Of a stretch of 39,345 nucleotides of DNA, positions 8,357 to 18,400 are shown piece by piece. Source of the stretch: Lentisphaeria bacterium. GTDB taxonomy: Bacteria; Verrucomicrobiota; Lentisphaeria; JABSQK01; JAWLHB01. The stretch is from contig JAWLHB010000014.1 of assembly GCA_041690595.1 (NCBI GenBank), positions 124,001 through 163,345 on the forward strand, read 5' to 3'. A model generated the notes under the pieces. That model did no database searches and was not told the DNA's origin. It saw nothing but the letters and a program-made list of their open reading frames with translations. The position numbers were made by a program, and so were the translations under genes. Positions within the stretch are counted from its first letter, which is position 1. Every line of letters starts with the position of its first letter.

Positions 8357-11300
8357 CTACTCCACCACGATCTTGACGCCTTCCTCGAGCAGCTTCAGGA
8401 GGTGATCCTGGAGCTTGAGGACGGCCTGTTTGACTTGGTCGGGCGACTCGAAGGAGCCGGAAAGGAAGTCTCGCACCCGCACACGTTCGACCTTCACCTC
8501 GGGGGGCGTGGTCAGCCGCTGGACCTCGGACACGACCTTGGCGAACAGCCCGCCGAGGGCTTCGAGATCGGACTCCATCTGGTTGACTCCGGCACGGCAC
8601 GCGACGCAGGCCAGTCCGCCTTCGGGCAAGTCCAGATCGGCGCAGGCCCGGCTGGTGAGAGGGTAAAGCACGGGCTCCTGCATGGACTCCGGCACCTGTT
8701 CCCACTCGGCCAGCCCCTTGATCTTGTCGATGGCGGCCTGGTATTGACTGCCTCGGTCCTCGTGCGCCTTCTGGTACATCGCTCGATAGGCGGTCGTGAT
8801 CTCGCCGGTCAGCGTCGCGATGTCTTTCAGCGACTCGTAGAAGGTCTCGGAAGTCACCAACTGCTGGAGCTGCACGCCCTTCTCAGCCAGTTCCTTCTGG
8901 CCGTGGGCATCGAGCTGAAACCGCATCTCGCCACAGGCAGGGCGGGCATTGTGGAGTACGGCCAGCCCCTCATCGGTCAGCGCCCCGGCAATGCGCCTCA
9001 CCTTCTCGCGTTGATCCTTGAGGGAAACCGAGCCGCTGGCAAGCAGCTTAACCCGGTCGTCGGGGCTGCCCCCGGCGATCCCGGCCAAGGCGTCCTGATA
9101 GCCCTGGACGGCATCGAGTACGGGCAGGCCGTGCGCTCGCGCCCGCTCAAGCAACGGCACGACATACTTGCCCTCTTCCTCGGCGACCTCAAGGGCGGCG
9201 ACAGCGATGGCGTTCTTCTCGACATCCACGGTCTTGCCGGTCATTCCTTCGTAGCCCTGCACCGCCCGGGTCAGTGTCTTCAGGTCAATGGGCTTGACGG
9301 GCGTGAAGGTGGCGGCGCGAAACTTGGGATTGTTGGTGAAGGGCTCCCGGCTGCGTGGGTCGGCGTAGGAGCCGAATTTCTGCCCACCAAAGGAGACTTC
9401 GATGACTCCCGCGCGGAAGAGCACGGCGAGCACCAGGCGCAACATGTCGCGCTCCCAGCCGTAGGGGGTGCCGCTGAAGTGTCGCTCGACGGCCTTGCCC
9501 TGACACGCTTCGCGGTTGCCGTAATCGTGCTGGCTGACCAAGTAGTCGAGCACCTCTTTGGCCACGTCGGCGCTGGGATTGGGCACATGCTTGGCCCCCT
9601 CCTTGGTCACGAGCCCAAGGCCGTGCGTCCCCGAGTAGAACACCTGCGGCAGAGCGGTGAGATCGGCGGCCTTCAGCAGAACCTCGGCCTCGTCGCCCTT
9701 GAGGGCGCAAACCCCCAGGTCCAGCTTCGGATAGAGATCCGGCACGACCTGTTCGAGCAGCTTGCGCACGATCTCGTTCAGCGACCGCCCGAGGGACGAG
9801 GCGTCGCGGGCGACGCCACGGAACATGCCGGTCCCTCGTTCGAGGGCCGCCGCCACCTTTTCGCGCAGACGTGATTCAAAGCCCAGAACGATGTTCTTCT
9901 CGTCCTGCAGACAAGACGCTTCCTCGTTCGTGATCCGGTTCTGGGCGCGGAGTAGATCGTATTTCTCCACCATCTTGCGGGAGGCGAAGGTCTGGGCCAC
10001 CAGATCGTCGATTTCGGGAGTCAGGGCAAAGACCCAGTAGAGGTCATCGGCATGAGCCGTCTGACGACTCTCGTCTCGGACCTCGGTGATCATGCCAGAC
10101 AGCATCCCATCATCGTCGGCGCGGCGCAGTGCCAAGTTCACATCCCCCTCATCACCCACCGCGGTGCCGTCCAAGGTAACGCCCACGCGGAAGGTGCGCG
10201 CCTCGTTATGGCGGTAGGTTCGCAACGCTGCCTCGCCGAATGCATCGCGCAGAGCGACCCGGGTAATCTCGTTGCGATCTCGCCCTTTCGGGTCGTGGGC
10301 GCGGCGTTCCGTTTCCCAATTCTTCTCCTGGGCGGTCTGTAGCTTCCACCCGTCCTCGGTATTGCGGATAAATTGGGCCGCATGAAGGTCCTTGATGGCC
10401 TGCTGCACCTTGGCGATGGGCGACGGGTCGCCGACGCGGTCCACCAGGAACGCAGAAATGTTGACTTCGGTCCGGGGGAGGTCACGAACAAACTCGAGCA
10501 GACAGACCGTTCTGGCGATACGCAAAGCCCAGTGCTGTGCGTCCTTGTCGGCTTTGAAGCGCTCGCCGATCTCGTGAATGTCGCTCCGGCGTTCGTGCGA
10601 CAGATTCCCTTCGACCAGTTCGTAGACGGCATCAAGGGTCACCAGCGTTCCGGTGGGTTTGGCGGCGAGTGCTGTCCGTTCGTTCACCAGCATCTCGTGG
10701 GCTTGCTTGATGATCGTGCGGTTGCTGCCGCCCAAGTGGCGGGGAGCCCCGGGTTGCAGGCGTATGCCGGACATGACGCTGATGCAGATATCGATGTAGT
10801 GCGGCGGGTACGGGTAGAACTGAACGAAATCGTCTTCGCTGATGTCCGTCCGTCGTGCGGTTCGCTCCAAGCGCAGCGCCGCGTTGAGCGTCCCCTGATT
10901 GTCCGTGTAGAGCTTGCGGAGTACCGGGATCGCCCCGTCGACTTTCGCCAGCACGCGGCGCGTGGCGACTTCGCGGATGTCGGAAGGTGCAAGATCCACG
11001 CGGTAGCGAAAGCGATCCTGGAGCTTCGCCAGATCGACGCGTTTAGAATCGATAGCCGCGACTACTTCGTCCAGTTTTTCCTGCGAAGTGATAACGATCC
11101 AGGCTGGAGCGGGAATTTGTTTCGTCTTGAGCAGGTTCCGGCCGACCTTCCCGAACTCCTCCACGGTCGCCCGCAGGTCTTCGATCTTGTCGCCACTGCG
11201 GGCGACGTGTTGACCCACCTCATCGATGACCATCACCAGCGCCTTCCCGGGGCGACGCCGGCCGAAAAGCTCGAAGGTGCGGTGGACGACCTTGCTGACG

Positions 11301-12004
11301 GACATGGCTGCATCGTGAGTACGCTGGGTATGGGCCCACGAATCCGGGGCCGGATAGGTGGCGGGCTCAATGACATGGAGCACCGCGCTGGCGCGCGACA
11401 GGCGCTGCGCGCCTTTGCGCACGATGCGCCAGTCGCGGTCGTGCATCTCCTTACACTTGCTGATGAAGGCATCGAGCTTCCCTTCGGCCTCCAGTTCGAT
11501 CTCCAACTCTGCGACGTCGAAGTCTTCGGCATAGTCCAACTCCCGCAGCACCACGGTGTAGATGAATTCGGCGATCCGTTCGGTGACCCGGCGTGTGTCC
11601 TGTTCCTTGGCGATGTCGAAGAGGATAACCTCGGCGGGGAACCGGGTGTTGATCAGGTCAAGCAGGTTGGTGACCTGGGGCGTGGCGATCTGGTGCTTGA
11701 ACAACTCCGAGAAGGACTGGCCGCAGACTGGCGCATTCTGCAAGGCGTAGCCGAAGTTCTTGGCGAACGAACTCTTGCCGGAGCCGAAAAAGCCCGAGAC
11801 CCAAACGCCAACGCTCTCGTGGGGCTCGGATGGGGCGTCGGCGACCGCTTTCAGCAGCATTCCGTATTGATCGCGGATGCTGTCCGTGGCGATGTACTCG
11901 GTAATCTCCGAGTAGACTGCCTGTTCGTCGCCCTGATCAACCTGGATGATTTCCTCGATCTTGCGCTTAAGGTCTCGTGATAGAAGGTCGCGAATTGTCT
12001 TCAT
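8357..12004 (-). CDS. brxC: BREX P-loop ATPase BrxC, 1215 aa
   Basis: EYIATD, GVWVSGFFGSGKSSF (Walker A), VIDEVGQ (Walker B), TSQEKL, KLQDRF, YPYPP and PYGW motifs; size and position after brxB fit. Confidence 0.93.
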   Translation of the reverse strand: MKTIRDLLSRDLKRKIEEIIQVDQGDEQAVYSEITEYIATDSIRDQYGMLLKAVADAPSEPHESVGVWVSGFFGSGKSSFAKNFGYALQNAPVCGQSFSELFKHQIATPQVTNLLDLINTRFPAEVILFDIAKEQDTRRVTERIAEFIYTVVLRELDYAEDFDVAELEIELEAEGKLDAFISKCKEMHDRDWRIVRKGAQRLSRASAVLHVIEPATYPAPDSWAHTQRTHDAAMSVSKVVHRTFELFGRRRPGKALVMVIDEVGQHVARSGDKIEDLRATVEEFGKVGRNLLKTKQIPAPAWIVITSQEKLDEVVAAIDSKRVDLAKLQDRFRYRVDLAPSDIREVATRRVLAKVDGAIPVLRKLYTDNQGTLNAALRLERTARRTDISEDDFVQFYPYPPHYIDICISVMSGIRLQPGAPRHLGGSNRTIIKQAHEMLVNERTALAAKPTGTLVTLDAVYELVEGNLSHERRSDIHEIGERFKADKDAQHWALRIARTVCLLEFVRDLPRTEVNISAFLVDRVGDPSPIAKVQQAIKDLHAAQFIRNTEDGWKLQTAQEKNWETERRAHDPKGRDRNEITRVALRDAFGEAALRTYRHNEARTFRVGVTLDGTAVGDEGDVNLALRRADDDGMLSGMITEVRDESRQTAHADDLYWVFALTPEIDDLVAQTFASRKMVEKYDLLRAQNRITNEEASCLQDEKNIVLGFESRLREKVAAALERGTGMFRGVARDASSLGRSLNEIVRKLLEQVVPDLYPKLDLGVCALKGDEAEVLLKAADLTALPQVFYSGTHGLGLVTKEGAKHVPNPSADVAKEVLDYLVSQHDYGNREACQGKAVERHFSGTPYGWERDMLRLVLAVLFRAGVIEVSFGGQKFGSYADPRSREPFTNNPKFRAATFTPVKPIDLKTLTRAVQGYEGMTGKTVDVEKNAIAVAALEVAEEEGKYVVPLLERARAHGLPVLDAVQGYQDALAGIAGGSPDDRVKLLASGSVSLKDQREKVRRIAGALTDEGLAVLHNARPACGEMRFQLDAHGQKELAEKGVQLQQLVTSETFYESLKDIATLTGEITTAYRAMYQKAHEDRGSQYQAAIDKIKGLAEWEQVPESMQEPVLYPLTSRACADLDLPEGGLACVACRAGVNQMESDLEALGGLFAKVVSEVQRLTTPPEVKVERVRVRDFLSGSFESPDQVKQAVLKLQDHLLKLLEEGVKIVVE

Positions 12005-12012
12005 AGTCCTCG

Positions 12013-12594
12013 TTATCCGTAAATTTTTACCCGATAGTTACCCAAGGCGTCACGCTCCTTCAGCGCCATGAAGCGCAAGCCGGTCGTTCCCTCGATGGCA
12101 CCTGGATAGAATAGAATCGTCGTGATCGCTGTCTTGCCCTGCATCTGGTCAAGCAGCTTGGACATTTCGTACATGCGAGGAGCCATGGAGGCAACCCGTG
12201 TCAAGAAGGCGATATCAGTGGTCGGATCGAGTTTGCTCAAGCGGTCCTTGAGCAGTCCCCAAAGGGGGCACCAGTCGCGATCTGACAAGTAAGTGGTCAC
12301 CTGTTCCTGCGCGGTGAGAAAGCCGCGCTTCCTTTCCAGATCCACCACCTCCGACAAGCCCTCGCTCTTCTCGATGGACTCCCACAGGAACTCGGACATG
12401 GGGATGAAGTGGACCTTCTTTCCCGTCCCCTCGATCCGCGTTGCGAGTAGCTTGAGCTGACGGCGCAGCTCCCACTCCTCGGCAGGGTCGTATCGCAGGA
12501 TGGCGAAAGGCATGTCGTGGTACACGCTGACCCGGGGAGGCACCGTAGCTAGATCGCTTTCCAACAGATCAATTCGCTCTTTCAACGAGAACAC
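12013..12594 (-). CDS. brxB: BREX BrxB (DUF1788-like), 193 aa
   Basis: GTG start with a GGAGG RBS; PFAILRYDP.EE, ILFYPG, LRFM and NYR motifs; lies between brxA and brxC. Confidence 0.85.
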   Translation of the reverse strand: MFSLKERIDLLESDLATVPPRVSVYHDMPFAILRYDPAEEWELRRQLKLLATRIEGTGKKVHFIPMSEFLWESIEKSEGLSEVVDLERKRGFLTAQEQVTTYLSDRDWCPLWGLLKDRLSKLDPTTDIAFLTRVASMAPRMYEMSKLLDQMQGKTAITTILFYPGAIEGTTGLRFMALKERDALGNYRVKIYG

Positions 12595-13408
12595 GCGCGT
12601 ATTCCTCCAAGTTGGCTGCGGGAAAGGTCAGGCGTGTGACGCTTCCTGCGGCATGCCACTCCAACAGATGCCGCTGGTGTGCCTCTGCCAGTGAACGCTC
12701 CACCCCCTCGGGTTGCATGAAGAACAGTTGCCAGTCCGGATGCCGGATCAACTCCTTGCCCGACGGCTGGTTCTGCTTGAGGTAGAAACATATGTAAGCG
12801 AATGCTTCGATAGGCAGGTATGCTGCCGCGATGCGCTTGTTGACCGCACCCTCAAGGACGCCGAAATCGCGAAGGGCGGCGACGAGATTCTGGGTCACGC
12901 GCTCGATAGTACAATCAGACCAGGCGGACATGGTCTTGCCTTCGGCAATCCAGTCGCGCAGCTTCTGCTGAATACGGGGCAGAGAGACCTCCATAATCCC
13001 GCTGTTCCTCTGGGGTAGGAGCACACCCGCCACAATGTCGTAGATGAGGTGATCGCAGAGAGCCGAATGGTAATAAAGGATGCGGTCGAGCGATGACCCC
13101 ACCAGGCGGCCCTTCGCCAGCACACTCAGGGCAATGGCGACCTGAGGATCGGTCAGATACCGCTGGCGGAAGATCATCAGGATGTCCTGCACGCGCGAGC
13201 GAGACGCCTTGCCGAAGATGTTTTCGGACTGAAACCGCTCCAGATTCTCCTTGATCGGCACGGATGCATCCCAGTGCTCAAGAAGAATGCGTGTGTCGCC
13301 AAGCAACGCCGTTGCTTTGAGTATCCGCGTGGAGTACACAGCAGCGCCGGGGGTGCCGCCAGGCCGCTGAGTGTTCTTACTGGTGTTCTTACTGGTTTTC
13401 TTCGCCAT
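12569..13408 (-). CDS. brxA: BREX BrxA (DUF1819-like)
   Basis: ENIFGKASRSR, FRQRY, WSDCTIERV and LRDFGVLEG motifs. ATG 13408 has GAGAGG 6 nt upstream, so the track start at 13591 is not preferred. Overlaps brxB by 26 nt. Confidence 0.85.
   Translation of the reverse strand: MAKKTSKNTSKNTQRPGGTPGAAVYSTRILKATALLGDTRILLEHWDASVPIKENLERFQSENIFGKASRSRVQDILMIFRQRYLTDPQVAIALSVLAKGRLVGSSLDRILYYHSALCDHLIYDIVAGVLLPQRNSGIMEVSLPRIQQKLRDWIAEGKTMSAWSDCTIERVTQNLVAALRDFGVLEGAVNKRIAAAYLPIEAFAYICFYLKQNQPSGKELIRHPDWQLFFMQPEGVERSLAEAHQRHLLEWHAAGSVTRLTFPAANLEEYARVLVERAN
13371..13402. repeat. 12-bp tandem duplication in the brxA 5' end (encodes KTSKNTSKNT)
   Basis: GTGTTCTTACTG twice, followed by a partial GTTTTCTT. 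Confidence 0.85.
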
Positions 13409-13619
13409 TTGCATCCTCTCTCTCGGGGCACCATCGTCTTCGCCGCCTCCGGCGCGAACCCATTCATCTATTCTCCTACAACATGAAGCGCAAGAGGGGG
13501 CCCATCTTGTGCGCTGGCAGCCCTTTCGCTTCGATCCAGCGGTAGACCGACTCACGTCTAACGCCCAAGTGTGTCGCCACCTCGGCGGCATCTACCCAGC
13601 GTTCTTCAGTGTGGATCAT
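13409..13619 (-). pseudogene. Excisionase-type (HTH_17) DNA-binding protein, disrupted by a stop codon and a frameshift
   Basis: MIHTEERWVDAAEVATHLGVRRESVYRWIEAKGLPAHKMGPLLRFML ends at TAG (13476-13478). The expected terminal helix IDEWVRAGG follows in a shifted frame. Confidence 0.75.
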
Positions 13620-13632
13620 CGAAGCCTGCGAA

Positions 13633-13660
13633 AGTATACGGTACGCATGATTCATTGCAA
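13633..13660 (-). promoter_or_regulatory. Putative sigma70 promoter of the HTH/BREX operon
   Basis: TTGCAA (13660-13655), 16-bp spacer, TATACT (13638-13633), 13 nt upstream of the HTH ATG. Confidence 0.55.
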
Positions 13661-13765
13661 GCATGAAAGCGCATCTTCGAACAATGACAATGCCCATCGG
13701 CCGCAAGCACGCCGAGCCGACGCTAAATCTCGCAAATGGAAGCATGTCTCGGCGGCGGGCATGGC

Positions 13766-14284
13766 TCATGTGAGATTGAGGACGACCAGAAGGATGATGC
13801 CGGAGGTCAGGGCGAAGGCGATCAGGGCCAGGAGGCCGTCATGGGCGATCAGGGCGAGGCCGTATAGGGTGAGGGCCGCGCCGGCGATGTTGGCGCTGAA
13901 GGGGACAACCTCCATCACCGGCATGGCGAGGGCAATGCCCAGACACGCAAAGGCAATGACGTAGGCCACGACGTTCTTCGTCAACATGGTCAGGCGGGGC
14001 CGCAGGAATCGATCGACGAAGCGCGCCGCCGGCCGCAGCTTCTCCACGGCCTTGTGGAGATTGTCGCGCTCAATCGAGCGTTTCAGCAGGAACTGGGGCA
14101 GCCAGAGGTGCTCGCGATGAAAGAGCAGTTGAATCGCCAGCAGGAAGACGATCATCCCCATGATCGTGGGGACACCGGGAATGTCGCCGATGATCGGCGC
14201 CAGCGTGATCACCCCCGTCAGCAGCAGGAGCGGCCCAAACAAGCGGTCGCCGATCGCCTTCATGATCGCACCCAGCGAGACCCG
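13766..14284 (-). pseudogene. exoD: ExoD-family exopolysaccharide synthesis membrane protein, apparently lacking its N-terminus
   Basis: RVSLGAIMKAIGDRLFGPLLL, IPGVPTIMG, QLL...HLWLP, LRPRL, MEVVPF and AHDGL motifs. Similarity starts at RVSLG with no start codon before the divergent lacI promoter. Could be translated from ATG 14263. Confidence 0.7.
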
Positions 14285-14305
14285 GGCCAGACTTTCCGGT
14301 GTCGC

Positions 14306-14334
14306 TTGACAGGCTGAACCCGTGCAGGTAAATT
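14306..14334 (+). promoter_or_regulatory. sigma70 promoter of the lacI-led operon
   Basis: TTGACA (14306-14311), 17-bp spacer, TAAATT (14329-14334). Confidence 0.75.
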
Positions 14335-14342
14335 GATTTACC
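14327..14342. promoter_or_regulatory. LacI-family operator-like palindrome overlapping the -10 box
   Basis: GGTAAAT-TG-ATTTACC with perfect 7-bp arms, directly upstream of a LacI-family gene. Confidence 0.7.
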
Positions 14343-14369
14343 AACTTGCTTACGATGGAGATGATGGAG

Positions 14370-15431
14370 ATGGTGACGATCGCGGAAGTGGCAGCATTGG
14401 CCAAGGCGAGTACGGCGGCCGTATCGCATGTTTTCAACCAACGCCCGGGCAAGGTCGGCGCCGCCAAGCGCCAGAAGATCCTCGATGCGGCGGACAAGCT
14501 CGGCTATCGGCCAAGTCGCCGTGCGCGCCAGGTGCGCAAGCAGGCGAATCTCGTCCTGGCGGTGCAGATCGATTCGAGCATCACGACCAGCAACGCGTGG
14601 CGCAGCTCGAGCGTCTTGAGCCTGGTGATCGCCCAGGGCATCAATGACTATGCCAGCCGCCATGGCTATCACATCAATCTCCTCATCCCGGCGGGTGGAC
14701 GCGATTTCCATGAGATCACCGGCAAGCTCTTCAAGGAGAACGCGGTCGATGGGGCCGTCTTCTTCGGCCTGGTGGAACGCGAAGAGGGCCAGCTGGAGAC
14801 CCTCCTGGCAGAGCTTCAGCGTTTCCAGATGCCCGCCGTCACCCTCAGCCGCACCCTCTCCGAACGCGGGCTGCCCTACGTCGGCGTTGACCTGCGCGGT
14901 GCGATTCACGAGCTGACCGGCCGCATCCACGAATATGGCCACCGCCAGATCGCCTACGTGGGCGCCACGCAGCGTCAACGTTTCCAGCAATCTGAATGGA
15001 CCTCTCGCTTCGACCTCGTCGTCGAAGGTCTGCGCGATCATGGCTTGGCCCCGGCAGAAGATAACGTCGTCGAGACGGTTGACGAAATCGGCGCCTATCA
15101 GGCGACCCTGACGCTGGCCGGCAGGGCAGATCCCCCCACCTGCATCGTTTATTCGGGCGACCACCTGGCCATGGCGGGCATTCGCGCCCTTCAAGAAGCC
15201 GGACGGCGCGTGCCCAACGACATCTCCGTCGTCTCCTTCGACAACGCCCCCTATGTGCACGAGTCTCTGGTTCCCCTCACGACGATCGATCAGTTCGCCT
15301 TTCGCCGGGGCGAAACCCTCGCGAAAGTACTCATCGACCGCATCCAGAACCCGGACGCCTCCTCCTCCAGCATCCATCTCATCGCCGCTGAACTGGTTGA
15401 ACGCCAATCCCTAACGGTATGTCCAGCATGA
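14370..15431 (+). CDS. LacI-family transcriptional regulator
   Basis: HTH MVTIAEVAALAKASTAAVSHVFN, LGYRPS, and sugar-binding domain DHLAMAG...VPNDISVVSFDN...PLTTIDQ. The start could also be 14355-14364. Confidence 0.93.
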   Translation: MVTIAEVAALAKASTAAVSHVFNQRPGKVGAAKRQKILDAADKLGYRPSRRARQVRKQANLVLAVQIDSSITTSNAWRSSSVLSLVIAQGINDYASRHGYHINLLIPAGGRDFHEITGKLFKENAVDGAVFFGLVEREEGQLETLLAELQRFQMPAVTLSRTLSERGLPYVGVDLRGAIHELTGRIHEYGHRQIAYVGATQRQRFQQSEWTSRFDLVVEGLRDHGLAPAEDNVVETVDEIGAYQATLTLAGRADPPTCIVYSGDHLAMAGIRALQEAGRRVPNDISVVSFDNAPYVHESLVPLTTIDQFAFRRGETLAKVLIDRIQNPDASSSSIHLIAAELVERQSLTVCPA

Positions 15432-18400
15432 TTCGATACCTTTGTTCCCTGGCTCTGATCTTCGCCCTCTCCGCCGCAGCCCAGGAAGAGGCCCCCCAAC
15501 GGCTGGTGCCGGAGCATTGGTCGCGCCAACCGGTGCTGACCCTGCCGCCCGCCCGTCCAGCCGCGCCCACCATCGACGGCCTGGTCCAGTATGAAGAGTG
15601 GTACTATGCCGCCTCCACTCCCGGTTTCATGGATCTGGAGAGCATGGGTCGCCCCCCCTATCCCATGCGCATGTACCTCACCTACGATGCCGAGGCGATC
15701 TATCTGGGCATCGTTATCGGCCGCCACCCGCTTCACCTGCAGCCCAAGGCGACCTTCGGTCCCGGTCATCACGATCATATCTGGTGGAAGGACGACAACT
15801 TCGAGGTGGTGATCGAGCCGCCTGGCGCGAATGGCGGCTATGTCTTCGTCGGCAACGCCGCCGGGGGCTACGCGGATCTGCATTATCATGCTCGGAGCGG
15901 CTCCGATGCGACCTGGAAAGGCGAGTGGGAGTATGCCGCCTCCTTCGCCTCCCGCGATGCCTGGCATGCCGAGCTGAAGATCCCCTTCTCCCAGTTCCCC
16001 GATGTCGCCCCACCCTCGGTTGGCGACATCTGGAAGATGGCCGTCATGGTGCAGCAGGTCACTCCGCGCAAGCAGATGATCGACTGGACCCACATGTGGA
16101 GCTTCGGGCAGAGCAGCTACCGCTCGCCCAACAAGGCGCATCTGCGCTTCGGCGGCCCCAACGACCCCATCGTCCGCTTCTCCGACGTCGGCCTCCTGCG
16201 TCCCGTCAAGATGGAGGGCGAAGAGGAAGCCCCGACGGAGTCCCGGCGCATGGGCATGCGGTTGATCCTCTACAATCAGGGCGATGCGCCCTATACCGTT
16301 TCCTGCCAGGCCGATCTCTTCCGCGCGCCCGAGCAGCGAGCTGCCGGGCAGCACAGCTTCCATGACATGTGGGATCGCCTCATCCAGGTGCGCGAGACGG
16401 GCCAGCCCCTCCAGGAGCCGAACGACCCCACCCGCGCCTTCCGCTCCGAGGACGATCTCCTGCGCGACCTCAACGACCGCTACCAGCACCTCCACTCTCA
16501 AGCCAGCGAGCACCCGGTGCCGGCCGACAGCCCCGGCGGTTATTTCGCCGTGCAACTGCCCAAGGAGACGGGCGACTACGTGATCGGCTTCACCTGCCGC
16601 GATGTCGAGACCGGCGCCGTCGTCGCCAGCCAGGTTGTGCCCTTCCAGGTCCTGGGGCGTCTGGATATCAGCACCACGCCGTACTTTCTCGCCCACGAGA
16701 AGCTGGGCGTCGAGGTAAGGCTCGCCAATCGCAACGATCAGGAGAAGCCCGTCCGCCTTCGTCTGGAAGCGAATGGCGAGCTTCTGGATGAAGTCGAGGC
16801 GGCCCCCGCCGAAGCCAATCCCCGCCCCATGGTCTATCTCGATACCACCCGCTGGCCCGCCGGAAGTACCGCCACCGTCCATGGCGAAATCCTCGACGGC
16901 GACCAGGTCATCGACTCCTCCTCGATCGAGGTGTCGCGACCGCCCACGCCCGCATGGTTCGGCGCCGGGCTGGGCACCGCCGACATCGTCCCCGATCCCT
17001 TCGAATCCGTGCGCCGCGATGGCCCGATGCAGCTCTCCGTCTGGAAGCGCCAGTTCAGCTTTGGGGATCAGGGGTTGCCCCTGCAACTCCAGGTGCGCGA
17101 CGAGGCCCTCCTGGCCGCTCCGATCGAGCTGGCCATCGGCGGCCACGAGCTGAACTGGTCCGCCGAAGTCGTCGACGTGCGCGATACGCGCGGCAAGCTC
17201 CAGGCCACGGGTCGCGGCGACAAGCTGAACGTGGAAAGCACCGTCGACCTGGAATACGACGGCACCGCCCGCATCACCGTCACCCTGCAGCCGAAGGGCC
17301 CGGTCAGCCTCGACTCCCTGACATTGCGGCTGCCCGTGCGCCGTGAATACGCCACCCTCTTCACCCATACCGCCATGCACACCCGCTTCGACCGCCTCTC
17401 CACGCAGGGCATGGGCGGCGGGGTGGATCGCTGGTTCGAGGCCTATCCCGATGGCGCCATGCCCTTCACCTATGCCTTCTTCCTCGGCCACTACGACCGC
17501 GGCATCCAGTGGTTCTGCGCCAGCGACCGAGGCTGGGCCAATGCCGACGAGAACCGCAAGATCGCCCTGGTGAAGAGCGATGGCGCCATGACCCTCGAGA
17601 TTCGCCTGATCGACCGCGAGGTAACAATCGACGCGCCGCTCTCCTTCACCTTCGGCCTCACCGTCACTCCCACGCGCCCCGTTTACCCCCGCAACGTGCA
17701 GCGCATCGGCGCCTTCGGCTACCCCTCCGAGCTGATGAAGACGTCGTGGGAAGAGTGGGACAAGGAACTCGCCATTCAGCGGCGGCGCGGCATCGACGTC
17801 ATCAGCACCTACTTCACCAACCAGAACGAACCCTTCGGCCAGCCCTACAACTCCTCTCAGGAGACCCTCGACTACATGCGCCGCTTCGTCGCCAAGGTGC
17901 ACGAGCACGGCATGCGCCACCGCCCCTACAACGGCTGGGGCGTCAGCACCACCGTCCCCGGCTTCGAAGAGTACGGACGCGAGATGCTCAAGCAGCCGCT
18001 GCGCAATGCCGGCTGGGGCTGCTACTGGCATTTCCCCGGCCAGACCTACACCGACTGGTGGCTCAACGGGGTCCGCCAGATCATCGAGGAGACCGGCAGC
18101 GATGGCATCTATCTCGATGGCACCGTCATGCCCGAACTCACCGGCAATGAACTCGACGGCATGGGCTGGCGCGATGCCGATGGCCACTCTCGCGGCAGCT
18201 ATCCCGTCTGGGAATGCCGTCGCTTCCTCCAGCGCCTCTACGTCATGCTCCACCACGAGCTGCGCCGCGGCGGCATCGTCGACCTGCACGATGGCCGCGA
18301 GCCTCTCCACTTCGTGGCCGCCTTCGCCGACGCCCAAGTCTCCGGCGAAGGACACCTGAGCCGGGGCAAGACCATCCTCGAGGTCTTCGACACCAAGGAG

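Larger units (their letters stand above)
1..13660 (-). other. BREX defence locus (type 1-like core) with nested accessory nuclease/ATPase genes; continues beyond the left window edge
   Basis: Co-oriented, tightly packed genes in the order brxA, brxB, brxC, (nuclease), pglX, (ATPase, DUF4276-like), pglZ, with gaps of 30 bp or less or overlaps. The subtype-defining downstream genes are outside the window. Confidence 0.92.

Noticed and set aside
8279..11980. 531-aa and 535-aa plus-strand ORFs
   Set aside because: Antisense to brxC, with no recognisable motifs.
13409..13591. Track start of brxA at 13591
   Set aside because: The extension is an off-frame read of the HTH gene; an RBS supports ATG 13408.
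1..13660. Firm BREX subtype or an integrative-element call
   Set aside because: brxL or brxD/brxHI lie outside the window, and no integrase, tRNA or att repeat is visible.
14285..14497. N-terminal extension of exoD to 14497
   Set aside because: It overlaps the lacI HTH and promoter on the other strand and shows no ExoD similarity.
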